Source: Intoshia linei (taxonomy: Eukaryota; Animalia; Orthonectida). Taken from it: a DNA stretch of 64,000 nt. Shown one piece after another: positions 52,922 to 64,000 of the stretch. The first letter of the stretch is position 1; every line of letters begins with the position of its first letter. Location of the stretch: positions 1 through 64,000 of the forward strand of contig LWCA01000057.1 in the NCBI GenBank assembly GCA_001642005.1, given 5' to 3'. A program made the position numbers and the translations under genes. Under the pieces are notes generated by a model. That model was not told the DNA's origin, ran no database searches, and saw only the letters and a list, made by a program, of their open reading frames with translations.

Positions 52922-53542
52922 ATCACTAGGTTTAACCTATCGGTTGGTAAACTAATTTTTCAGCGTTAATCTACTGGACTAAAAAAATTACGCCCACGAT
53001 ATTAATTTTTTTCTAATATCATCTATTAATATAGAATACTTGGGTCTTAGTGATCCGGACCGTCATACGACATCTGGCCCAAATATACACATATCTGCAT
53101 ATCGGTTATACGTATGTTCTGACGTGGTTCTACGCGGGCCAGGTTAAATCCTATTTCAAAATAGTTACATATTTCGACGATATTTGAGTCATAGGAGCGC
53201 ACTTTCTTTCTAAAATTTAATAGTAAATGCAAATGTCTGAGATAGAAATTTGTGAGAAACGGATTATAAAAATTGTTTTGGAATTTTAAGGCAATTGTTG
53301 AACAGTTATATAAATACACTGAATGAGACTTTCATAAAATAACGTGAAAGTTAAGGAATTTGATAATTTTTAATATAAATTTGACGATTAAACATAACGC
53401 ATCATTTGCGAAATTTTTGAAGGGTTATTTTTGATTTTTGCCAAGAGAGGAAAAGTTATTATAAAATGAACCTTTTTCGTTAGTAAAAGAAAATTTGAAT
53501 AAAACATGTAACTAGCAATATATATTTTATACAGGTACATTT

Positions 53543-56500
53543 TTAATGAAATCTGCCTCTAGGTTGTCTATATCTGTTGTTGGTATTATATCTGTTCCTT
53601 TGAGAATTATAAGGTTGTTCACTGTATCTCGAATTATTATTATATGAGCCATTGCGGTTATTCTGTGGATGGTATCGTTGCATGCGATTATTATAGGAAT
53701 AATTTGTATTCTAAAAATTATTATTACATAAATACAATTATTAGAATACCTCACTATAGCTTTGGTTGTATCTTCGGTTATCTTGGTGATTATTTATACC
53801 GTGCTGTTTGTTATATCCAAATCTGGAATCTAAAACGACAATTTAAGTAATAATAGTGCCGTGTACGTACAAAATATTACCAAAAATATAAACTATACCT
53901 TGATTTCTAGAGTTTCTGTATGAAGGTTCTAATTTATAATATTAAACTCATATAACTATAAAATAATACCACTTCTGTGTTGGACATCCCGAGGTAATCT
54001 AATTTTAAAAATTATTAAAAGTATACAGTAATCGAATAACGTCCATTATATAAATGAAACAAAGCATATAGTCATAATATTAAAACTATTTATAGTAAAA
54101 ATTTGATATAAATACATAAAAAGTTCACATATACATTTTTTAATTTTGGCGATCGACTAGAAAATTATCTGCGATCGACAGGTTGGGCATCCTTGACATA
54201 TACCATTAATTATACAAAATAAACAACAGCTAATACTAATAAAAAATTATGAAAATCGAATTATAACGTTTTAAGATAAAAGGAACTGACGTTAGAGAAA
54301 AAAACATACTTTACAATAGCCTATCAATCAAATATGACACAATTTGAAAAATAAAATGATTATCAACGTTGAATAGAAATACGCAGGCATTGATCTTATT
54401 TTTTTGAGAAAACATCATTTTGACAAGGGACCGAGGCATAAAAAAAGGAAAGATAAATCACACACTACTCTAAAAGGATTTATATATTACGCATTATTGA
54501 CGTGTCTTTGGAAAGATTCATTTTGGCCACGGTTATTGCGATTACCTCGATAAGTTAAAAAACTTGCCCTGATAGTTTCTTCTGGTATTCTAAATACAAA
54601 TATTCACATTTTAAAGACAATTAAATCTAATAAGTAAATAAAATAATTAATTACTTGGCTCCAGGAAGAAGTTTAGCTTCGAAAAAATCAACGTCACGGA
54701 AAATTTCGAAACTTAACCTAAATTGATCATAAACTACCGTAAAGTTGCATATTACCCGATACAAGTTATATTTTCCAAATTTGGCAAGTCTGAATTAGGT
54801 GCTACAAGTATACTAACTTTTGAAAATAAATACTTGAATAAAATTACCTTGCTGGACAAATATTTGAAGCACTCTTTTTAATAATACCGGCAGTTCCTCC
54901 AAATAGGTTAGAATTCAATTTTATAGATTTCTACATATATTTATAGTAAAAATAAAAATAATATCATTCTCGTGTCACCTGTACAATAATTAAAAAAAAT
55001 CTTAATGCGATCAAAATTTGAAATTATTAGAGATCAACAAAAATGTATTTTGAGAAAAGCGTTTTTCATGGGGTGATTAATTACCCCAGGGGACGATACG
55101 TATTCTAAGGTGATTGTAGTGAATAAATAATTTTTCTATTTAAAAAAATCTTTAATAAAACGAAAAAAATAACTTCTATATAAGCCAAAAAAACATTTTA
55201 ATCAATATTGTAAAGTTTCGAATCTACAAAAATATTTTACCTTATCATCATTTAAAAAGGTATTCATAAACTTGTAGCTAGGGTGTCGTTTACCAACAAA
55301 CAACAAATCTGAACCATGCCTATTGCGTTTTTCTAAGACATTTAAAAATAGAAAAAATATAAAGTAAACCTTCACCAGGAGTCAATTGATCTTTAACTTC
55401 GTCAATAGCATCTTCTAACCGTTTTTTATCAACAAATGGCAGTAAGGCTACACCTTGCCATGCAAATTTTTTCCCATTTAAATCAATTTGAAAATTAATA
55501 GGATAAAAGTCAATAATTGCCGAATTCTTAAATAAGGTAAAATAAAATAAAATAAAATTGTACCGGATCTTTCATGAGTGTTGCATATGGTTTAGGCAAA
55601 AACTTTGAACTGCCAGCTGGAAAAACGCTCATCAGTTGAGTTAGAGGAAATACTGGTTCAGTTTTTTGAAAAGTTATATCGACATGAGATATATTTTTAA
55701 AATCTGAAGCAAATGGAGCATAATGGAAAGGATAAAACCAATCCCACGATTTACATCCTTGATAATAATACAGCAACACCCAGGATAACCCAACAACATA
55801 TTCTTCTGTTACAGTTTTACGGAATTCCACATCTGCTAATTCAACCTTGAATTTGTTTTTGTAATAACGTTCTCTCCATCCTTCCTCCCACAGTCGAATA
55901 TTGTTGTTATTATCAACTTCCTCGTCAGAATCTACGGAACTGTCGATTTTTGACATCTTTGGAGTCGAACCAGTTTCTTCAGATGTACTGCTATCGTTCA
56001 TGCGTTTTCTAGATCCGCTTTCTTCCAAAATTAGATTTAACCTTTGATCAGTTGAAGTTTGTTTCACCTGAGCCAACATTGAGGATGAAGTAGGTTGGTT
56101 CAAAACGTGCAAATGCCCACTAGGGTTATTTCTGTTTTTATTAAAAAATCCACTCTTTTTTTTAATTCTATAATCCAAATCATTCTTTCTACGTGTCTTA
56201 AAAATTTCATCTTCGTACGATCCCAATTCTTTCATCAACTTTTCTACTAGGATCAAATCTATTTTCCCGGAATCAGTTAAATATTGTTTGGTACGAATTA
56301 CTATTCTTTTATAGATGCCAATAAGTCTGTTGATTGCACCTTCTCGAATTTGCAATGAGGGCAAATGAGGTAAAAAATCGTTACCAACGAAAAAACACAA
56401 AAACACCCAATCGTCAATAAGACGCTCAAAATCGGCACCGGAAGGTTTAATATTTTCAACAGTAAACTCTCTCATTAAATATTCACGCAAAACGGCTAAT

Positions 56501-57452
56501 TTGACAAATATAAACGTAGCTTGTACTTTTTGTGGCAGGTCATCATCTTGTAGATAAAACCCGGATCGTTCTTTGGTTTCCCCTTTACATTTGTCAATAG
56601 TATGACCTATTTGAGAGCAAATTCCACAAGGGCTAGGAACTCCATATTTAAATTCTTCCCTAATAATAGTAAAACTAACTTCATGCGTAGCTAGACCTAG
56701 CATTATCAAATCAGCATCTGCTCCATTTAAACAGTGGTTCAAATTTGGATTATAATCTTTGTGAACCCTTTGGGAACGAATATAGTCCATAATTTTATGT
56801 TCTCCTTCACCAGGCACTGTAGCATCAGATAAAATAATTTCCAAATCTTTCCACATGGGATCTGATTCTATCCTTATGGTAATATAGTATTGTAAATAAT
56901 CAGCCAATCTCATCATAAACTCGGTACCAGGAGTAATACAATTACTGTCAAAGTATTGATCCTTTTTAAATTTTTCAATGTCCACTCCGTCAGCCTTTAA
57001 TCGTTCTAAAGCAGCTTCTCTAAGTTGAATATTTTCTGACCCTTCTTTAGCGGATCGAAATCGTCTGGATCGCTGTTGGTTCATTTTAGCACGTGGAGCT
57101 ACTCCGTCAATAGCCATAAATAACAATTTACGAGGTCTCACTATTTTCATCAGTCGATCAATATACTCAAAAATTGCCATCATCATTTCCTGTTCATTTT
57201 TTGGTGCTTCCTTGTGTTCAGGGTGACTAGATTTAAAATTATATTCATCAAATAGAAATAATACCAGCATGGGTGTATTATTCCGTTCATATCCAAATAC
57301 AAAGTGTCGTATTCTACTCCATTCGGATTTGGTTTTGTTCCGTCTACTGTTATTTTCTCGCCGTTGAAAAACTTTTCACGTTCTTCAATACTGTATTGAA
57401 CAATGTTCATGTATTTTTTACTTAACCATCTGAAAAATGCTGGCACTCCCAT
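53543..57452 (-). CDS. XRN2: 5'-3' exoribonuclease 2 (XRN2/Rat1), multi-exon
   Basis: Motifs [65 protein letters not shown], a zinc knuckle [30 protein letters not shown] and [18 protein letters not shown]. An N/Y/R-rich tail ends RGRFH* (53543-53545). Confidence 0.96.
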
Positions 57453-57875
57453 ATTGTAATAAATAAGTCACAATGTATGAATTCCAAAAATCAATAAAGA
57501 ATTTATACTTTTATTTTTAAAACATTTATATGTATCCGTAGAGATTATCTATGTTATTTAAATTCAAATTAATAAACGGATTTTCAACTTTATTACTTAT
57601 TTATTCTTGTCAATTTGAATTACATGTGTATCTTTTCACCAATACCAAGTAAACATACAAAATTGCAATTTTTTCATTCCTTTGATAAATAAGAAATTTT
57701 TAATTAAAATATTACCAAGGGAAAATTAAAAATTACCGTCAACCGCTAATTAGTAAACGAAAAGTAGTTCAAAAAAGTTTATTCATTTTGGTAAATTGTA
57801 GAAACGGTAAATAAGTCCCAATTTTCATAATATAAAAATTATATATTATGAACATTTTTTACCAAACTGTCAATC

Positions 57876-58030
57876 GGGAATTTGAAGATTATTTTTTTTA
57901 AAGCCTTTAAGTGAAGGGCTTGTAAGATTTTTCTTAACCAAATTTTAAAGGGGAATTTGAAGATTATTTTTTTACTAAAACTTAAAGGGGAAGGGTTTGT
58001 AAGATTTTTTTTAAACAAGCCCTAGAAGGG
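57876..58030. repeat. Short direct repeat, ~75-nt period
   Basis: gggaatttgaagattattttttt...gaaggg.ttgtaagatttt occurs twice. Confidence 0.6.
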
Positions 58031-58469
58031 AAACTTTCAAAAAATAAATATCTTTGTCTAAATATCAATTTAATTTTGTAACCTTTCAAATTTTTTGAAA
58101 TTTGAAGCTCTAACGCCCCAAATTGTTCTTGTCGTACTCAGTATACTGTAATTTGTCATGAGAAGCGTCTTACAAATGCAATAAATATACTATATTCAAT
58201 ATCGTATCAAGGTTGAAGGTTGTTTTCACATCCTTCAAATTTAAACTGTTTTTATCACGTTAGTTGTTTACTCAGTTAACCCTACTAAAAATAAATAATT
58301 GTATATTTAATTTTTGCCGAATCGAAAAATTGAGGTAATTAAAATGCTTTTTTAAGGTTTAAACTTCATACATAACAAAATTTTAACATTGCCAAAATTA
58401 GACGATTTGATTAAATAAAATTTTGTTATAAAATTTGATGGGAAATATTTTAAAAAGATTCATGTAGAT

Positions 58470-59109
58470 CAGTGTTTCCCAACCGTGGGGCCAGACCACA
58501 CTGGTAGCCATGACGAATTTTTTGGAATGGAGCCTGGAAAATATTACAAATTTATAGGATTATGAAACTTTAGATTAATTTATTGTTAATTTTATACAAT
58601 ATTCTCAGGTTTATGAATGGTTATGTGATACTTTAACCAATTAATTGCATTAATAAATTATTAGAATGACAAAAAAACAAATATATCTTTAATGATCGTA
58701 GGCTATTGAAATTAAATTTAACTAAATTGATGGGTATATGCAAAATGCCAAATTTGCAAAATTATCTGACTTTAACTACTTTTGCTAAGATTGCTTTGTT
58801 GTTATTTCCATCCTCTTATTTAGCAGAATGCGGGTTTAGTGCAGTTTTAGACGTAGTGAAAAAAAATAAATAGACTACAAATTTCAAAAACAGGGAAATC
58901 TATGATTAAAGCTTACAACATTAGTACCTAATATTAATAAACTCTGTCAGAATCGTCAGGCTCAATCGTCTCATTAATTCTAAAAAATAAATACATTATT
59001 GTTTTTATCATTATTTTATTATAATTCGCTCGAATTTTTTTTCAGTGGGGCCTGAGATTTTTTTAAAAGTAAAAGTGGTGTCTAGTATAAAAAAGGTTGG
59101 GAAACACTG
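58470..59109 (+). mobile_element. Buster-like non-autonomous hAT element
   Basis: TIRs cagtgtttcccaacc / ggttgggaaacactg with a perfect TSD atgtagat. Internal remnants read LFPSSYLAECGFSAV and LVPNINKLCQNRQAQSSH*. Confidence 0.88.
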
Positions 59110-59153
59110 ATGTAGATAAAATAAATAATAAAACTTTAAATTTTAATGAAACT

Positions 59154-62100
59154 TTAATTTTCAATTTCATTGGCTACTCGGTATACCTTGTAATATTTAT
59201 CTTCGTCGCAGCTATTCAATTTGTTGAGGAGAATATAATACTAATAAATATTGACTTTTAGATTAAAATATTATTAATTTTTATGAGATTAATTATTCAA
59301 AATTGGAAACAAACTTCCAAAATTGACCCATTCAACCTTTAGGCACCGATAAATATCGCACCGTGACTGGTTAGTAAATTATTAAGACATACTTTAAATT
59401 AATAAAAATTTAGAATTATGGGACCAGAGTTATTTTTAAACGACAATTTAAACCAAGTTTTTGCTTACATCCCAATTTTGTTAGGGATTCTACGAGAGCA
59501 CGATGGTTTTTACACGAAACTTAATTATGATTCTTGTACCAATCAAATGTAAAATGTCTATTTAGACTGTAGAGCAGTGCTTATCAAAGTAATAAACGTC
59601 GTGGGCCTTAAAATATTTATATGTAAATATTGTTTTCATCATTTTATATACTTTAATTATTAAATTTAATGTAAATCTTAATTAAATTTTTAATCATGAC
59701 ATATTTTTCTTCCGATTTCTAAAATATTTTTGACTTCAAGACATAATTAATAATAATAAAACCAAATTTCAAATATTTGGAAAAATATTATCTCGTTTTC
59801 ATAGTCGATATTAAATTTTTTCTTGTCAGGTTTGTTAAAAACGGATTTTTCCCTTAAGGGTAGGTAAATTTTTTAGAGTTTCTCTTTTTGAGTTGGATTT
59901 AGTGGTTTTTCTCCTTAATAATATTAAATTAATTCCTCAAATAATATATTACTTTAGTCGTGAACCCCGTTATTTTTTGTGGACCCTTTGAGAAGCAGTG
60001 ATCTAAAATGTATTCGCTTCTAATTTCTTCTGTAATTTAGCCTAAATACAGTAAAGTATTTAGAAGGCATACATTAGTGCAAAAATAGCATGTTGTGAAT
60101 ACACTGCCGGACAATATTATAAAGCACCTCATATTTTGTCGAAAAAGGACAAATAATATTTATAATTCGTTAATTTCTTTTAATGATATCTAAATTTGGA
60201 TTTAAAACATGGTATTTATAGTATCTTGACCGATGTCATTCCATACCATGATAATAGCTTCTTTAAGGTTTGAATATTGTTTACCTTCGCAATATATGCT
60301 TCTCGAAATTATACCCCAGAGATTTTCAATGAGGTTTAAATCAAAAGAGCAGGCTGGCCACTGTAAAACATTAATTCCTTTTGAAGAAATCCACATTTTT
60401 GTTCCCCTAGACGCGTGTATCGATGCATTATCCTGCTGGAACAAAGTAAATTTATTGCTATGAGGTAGTAGATATTGTTCCAAAATATCAATGTAACATT
60501 TGGAATTTATATTTTGATTTACGAAGCATATTCAGCTCTTCCCATTTTTTCCAAAAGCTGCCCATATCATAATGCCACCGCCACCACATTGGCATGACAT
60601 TCTAAATAATGTTTATTTTCTTAAATCATGCTAATAGTAAGAGAAACCGTCGCGTCCATCTAATTTAATATTTTTCTCGTCTGAAACGAAGACATTGGAC
60701 CAATTAGTAGACATGTTTAATCTAGAAAAATTTAGTCGACTGTCTTTGTGTCGCTGAGTTGTTGTTGTTGTTATAAAACATTTTTGTCCTCATTTTTTAT
60801 CTACTATTAATTTGAATTTTATTTTATATTTTTTTTGCTTCTACCATGTTTTAAATCCAAATTTAGATATTACTAAGAGAAATTAGCGAATTATAAGTAT
60901 TATTTGTCCTTTTTCGACAAAATATATGAAGTGCTTTATAATATTGTCCGGCAGTGTATAAATACAGTGCAATTCCACATAGCTTGTTTCATATTCTACA
61001 AATTATCTCATTTCGAAATAACGAATATTCTTCAAAGAGTAATACATTTTCAAGTATAAAAAAGGTTTGCCATTCAAACGCCAATATTTATATAAATAAA
61101 ATAGGTTACTGTTATGTACTACGTACAAAAAGCACCTAGATCTGCCGAGGGCACATTTTTATTCTACCAAATTAATACATTCACGTTGAAAATCTAACTT
61201 AACAAATCCTACTATTTACTATTAATCTTTTAAAGGAATGGTTCCTAAACTTGTTTCAGGTAGAATCGTCATATCACATTACTTTTTACTTCAAAGTAAA
61301 TTATTCCATCTTAATTAGTTTTTGTTAACATTTGCGTAAAGAATTTTAAAAACAATCGTTATGCCATTTTTTTAATTTATTAGACAATGTGTGTATAATA
61401 TTAAAAATTATTTTTCACCGAGAATTCGTTAATTTCTGGGATTGAAATTTTGTATTTATATCAACTGGAATAAGCTATATCAGAATTTTTTTTTTTATTT
61501 TAATTTTCGGACCGTTAATTATTTCACATTTTTGTTTTAATAAAATATTTCGGAAAAAAATATATGAATACTAAAATGCTTTTTTGACCGTGAAATCGTC
61601 ACTTATTCGGATTGAAATTTTTTGTGTGTGTTAACAGGATGCAACTGTACCACCTGTGAATTTATTTAAATTCTAGGGCTGATTTCATTAAAAAAAATGG
61701 TAATTTGTGGTTTTGGCCTGAAGATAAATTTTTTTTAAATTTAAATATATGATAATATTTATGATTTTAAAATCCGTATCAGAGTATATATTTTTTTAAA
61801 TTTTCCAACTCGTTTGATTTTCAAAAAAAAAGACAATTGGGGTTTTTGACCCGTAAAATGTGAGTTTGGGAGGTTGAAATTTATTTTGTTAACACCCCCG
61901 GAAAACCCGTAATTGAAGTGTGGACTTTATAATATTCTAAGACTGTTAGTTATTGAAATAAACGGTAACACACACACAAGCAAATATTGCATAGCATATT
62001 ATATAGGTAAGGATTATTACTGTAAAAATTGCACATATACATCCAATAAAAACACCTAGAATTGTATCATCAACATGGTGTTTTTTATCGTTTATTCGAG

Positions 62101-63640
62101 TCATTGATATAAATGTTGACACCACTAACAACATTAGTTGAACAACCAAGATAAATTTTTCAGACACTTTGTAATTTTGTATTTTTTTATTTTTGAGATA
62201 AAGCTATTTTTATAATATATATTTTTTCAATTGATTAAAATTACAATTAAAAATACAGAAATACAAAATACTGTAGAAGCGTGACCAGATACTCGTGATA
62301 ATCTAACAATAAATATTTTTAATGTTATAATTTTTTCACCTATCTTCGTCCTTGACGCTATTACCACAGCTTAGAGTATCTACTAGTCCAATATAATCAC
62401 TGAAAAATGAAATATATCGCATATTTCAATGCCACTCAACCGGCGTTATGTGGAATACCAGTATCCCTTAGAAAATCTTATTCATCATTATAATGATTTA
62501 TAATCGTGTCATGACATATACCGTTACTATAGATAAAATGTATAGGTATTCCGCAGATATTAAAGGTTGAAGAGCACTGTATAATTATATTATAACATTT
62601 TAAATTAATATGACATTCTCTGGTTCACTGAAAAATTATTCAATTTTATAATTTTTTGCATTTAACCTTAAAAAGCTCGGAAGCTTTATTTACATGAAAT
62701 TTTGAGTTTTACGTGTCATAGACAAGTCCGTGAAGGACCATGATTGAACCCATGCGAGATGGAAATTATTGAGCCGACATACAAATAAAAAAGTATTCAT
62801 GGAATGTAGCGGCTCGTAGAAATACTACTGGGTGGATATGCAAGAATTTTACAACAATTTAAATTTTAATGTTGAAAACTGAATTTAAAATTTGTAAAAG
62901 AATATAATTAAAATTAAATGTTTTTATAAAAATTAATAGAATTAATAAATAAAATTAATAAAAATTAATATTTATAGAAAAATTTTTCTAAATTAAATTT
63001 AAATTTAAATATTACATTTTAAAAATATTGACAATATAAAATATTTGAAATTTGACATATATTTTTATTATATTTTTTTAAAATAAAGCAAACAATAGAA
63101 AAATACTAATTTTGAAGTTTTCTGAGTAGAAAGCTTTTTCCGTGTATTTTATATAAAAATATAGCAAAAATTCTTCATATAATTAAACATTAAAAAAACT
63201 TACCTGAAAAACCAGCCCACATATATTCCACTATAATTCATAAATATTTAAATCAGCACCTGGGGAGGGCTAACGGCCACGTTGAGAACGACTACATTAA
63301 TTTATAATGTCAAATTGTAAATTGGATAATATAAAACGTAAAGGTATATAATTGAATTATTTTTTTAAAATTACTTTATCTTGCAAGTGTTGGCTACAGT
63401 GTGACATTTCGACAAAAAATAAGGTCTAGGTCGACCAGATATTCTATATAAATAATTAGCTTTAAAATTCAAAAGAAACTTTTTAAAAAAAATAGTGACC
63501 AAATAAGTAATTTGATCTGAAAGTATTACTCCAAACATCACACTAAATATGTTATAATATCTTATTTTGAATTTGAATCCACAAAATAAAACAACTCGAA
63601 CATCTTGTTTTCCACAAATAAGTAATTCAACAAGCAAAAT
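59154..63640 (-). CDS. PAP2-family phospholipid phosphatase (PLPP/wunen-like), 5' partial
   Basis: C1 KKISGRPRP, C2 RLSRVSGHAS and C3 TRINDKKHHVDD lie among hydrophobic helices. A probable last exon 59154-59240 (YYILLNKL..EIEN*) joins in phase 0 across a TE-filled intron; this exon is less certain. Confidence 0.8.
60102..60956 (-). mobile_element. Tc1/mariner (Tc3-like) element, internally deleted
   Basis: ~112-nt TIRs start cactgccggacaatattataaagc, with TA TSD on both sides. Minus-strand remnants read VSDEK..LDG.DG, GGGIMIWAAF, FQQDNASIH and WPACSFDLNLIENLW, with stops and frameshifts. Confidence 0.92.
61101..62013 (-). mobile_element. Helitron-like element with both termini, in PLPP intron
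   Basis: 5' A|TCCTTACCTATATAA at 62013; 3' gtacgtagtac hairpin followed by a degenerate CTAT|T at 61101. Confidence 0.75.
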
Positions 63641-64000
63641 CTATTAATTATTTAAACACTAAATATATTTATATAATAAATATTTCCAATTGATTGATAG
63701 TCGTTTTCTTGTTAATTTATTAATTATTGTAATTGAAATAAAAGGCTTTTGGAAAAAAATATAAAGTAATCTAAAAATTATCTTTAAATCTGTAGCAGTG
63801 TTGGCCGATCTCGGTGGCAGAGATACTTTCAATCTTTCAGATTGTATATTAGAGTGTGTTTGGTACCTAGAAAAACCTAAAAAATAATTTTTCTTTCATA
63901 TTTATTTTCGAAACTCAATCTGAAAAAAAGTTTGGTGACGACTGCATTTCATGTAATTTCATTTTAAATATTAATTTAAAACATCAACATCATAAAAGCC

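Noticed and set aside
52932-53147. TTAA-flanked segment suggesting a piggyBac MITE
   Set aside because: Terminal inverted match is limited to a few bases; too weak to call.
63204-63230. Possible 27-nt frame-preserving micro-exon (GIYVGWFFS) in PLPP with a strong GTAAGT donor
   Set aside because: It lies within apparent MITE sequence and is not needed for the PAP2 alignment; unsupported without RNA data.

Overview
This is a very AT-rich eukaryotic (animal) genomic window, not prokaryotic. Most introns are tiny (about 33-45 nt) canonical GT-AG introns, and the few long introns and intergenic gaps are filled with DNA-transposon debris. That profile fits a compact, fast-evolving invertebrate such as an orthonectid, but this is inference only. 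Nine host genes were reconstructed by manual splicing: Claspin (3' part, +), an INSM/Nerfin zinc-finger factor (+), an ACSS1-type acetyl-CoA synthetase (-), a tightly packed STK11/LKB1 - ACBD3-like (Q+GOLD only) - LRRC74-like trio (+), an NK2.1 homeobox gene (+) convergent with XRN2 (-), and a PAP2/PLPP lipid phosphatase (-, 5' partial). Mobile DNA includes a degenerate hAT transposase, many hAT MITEs with 8-bp TSDs, a deleted Tc3-like element and an abundant non-autonomous Helitron family. The most notable signal is gene order: NK2.1 lies tail-to-tail with XRN2, with INSM and ACSS1 nearby, matching human 20p11 and its 14q paralogous region, which suggests an ancient microsyntenic or regulatory block. 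Also notable are operon-like spacing of the LKB1 trio and several domain or motif changes in conserved proteins. No tRNA, rRNA or CRISPR array was recognised. All exon coordinates are hand-derived and approximate.
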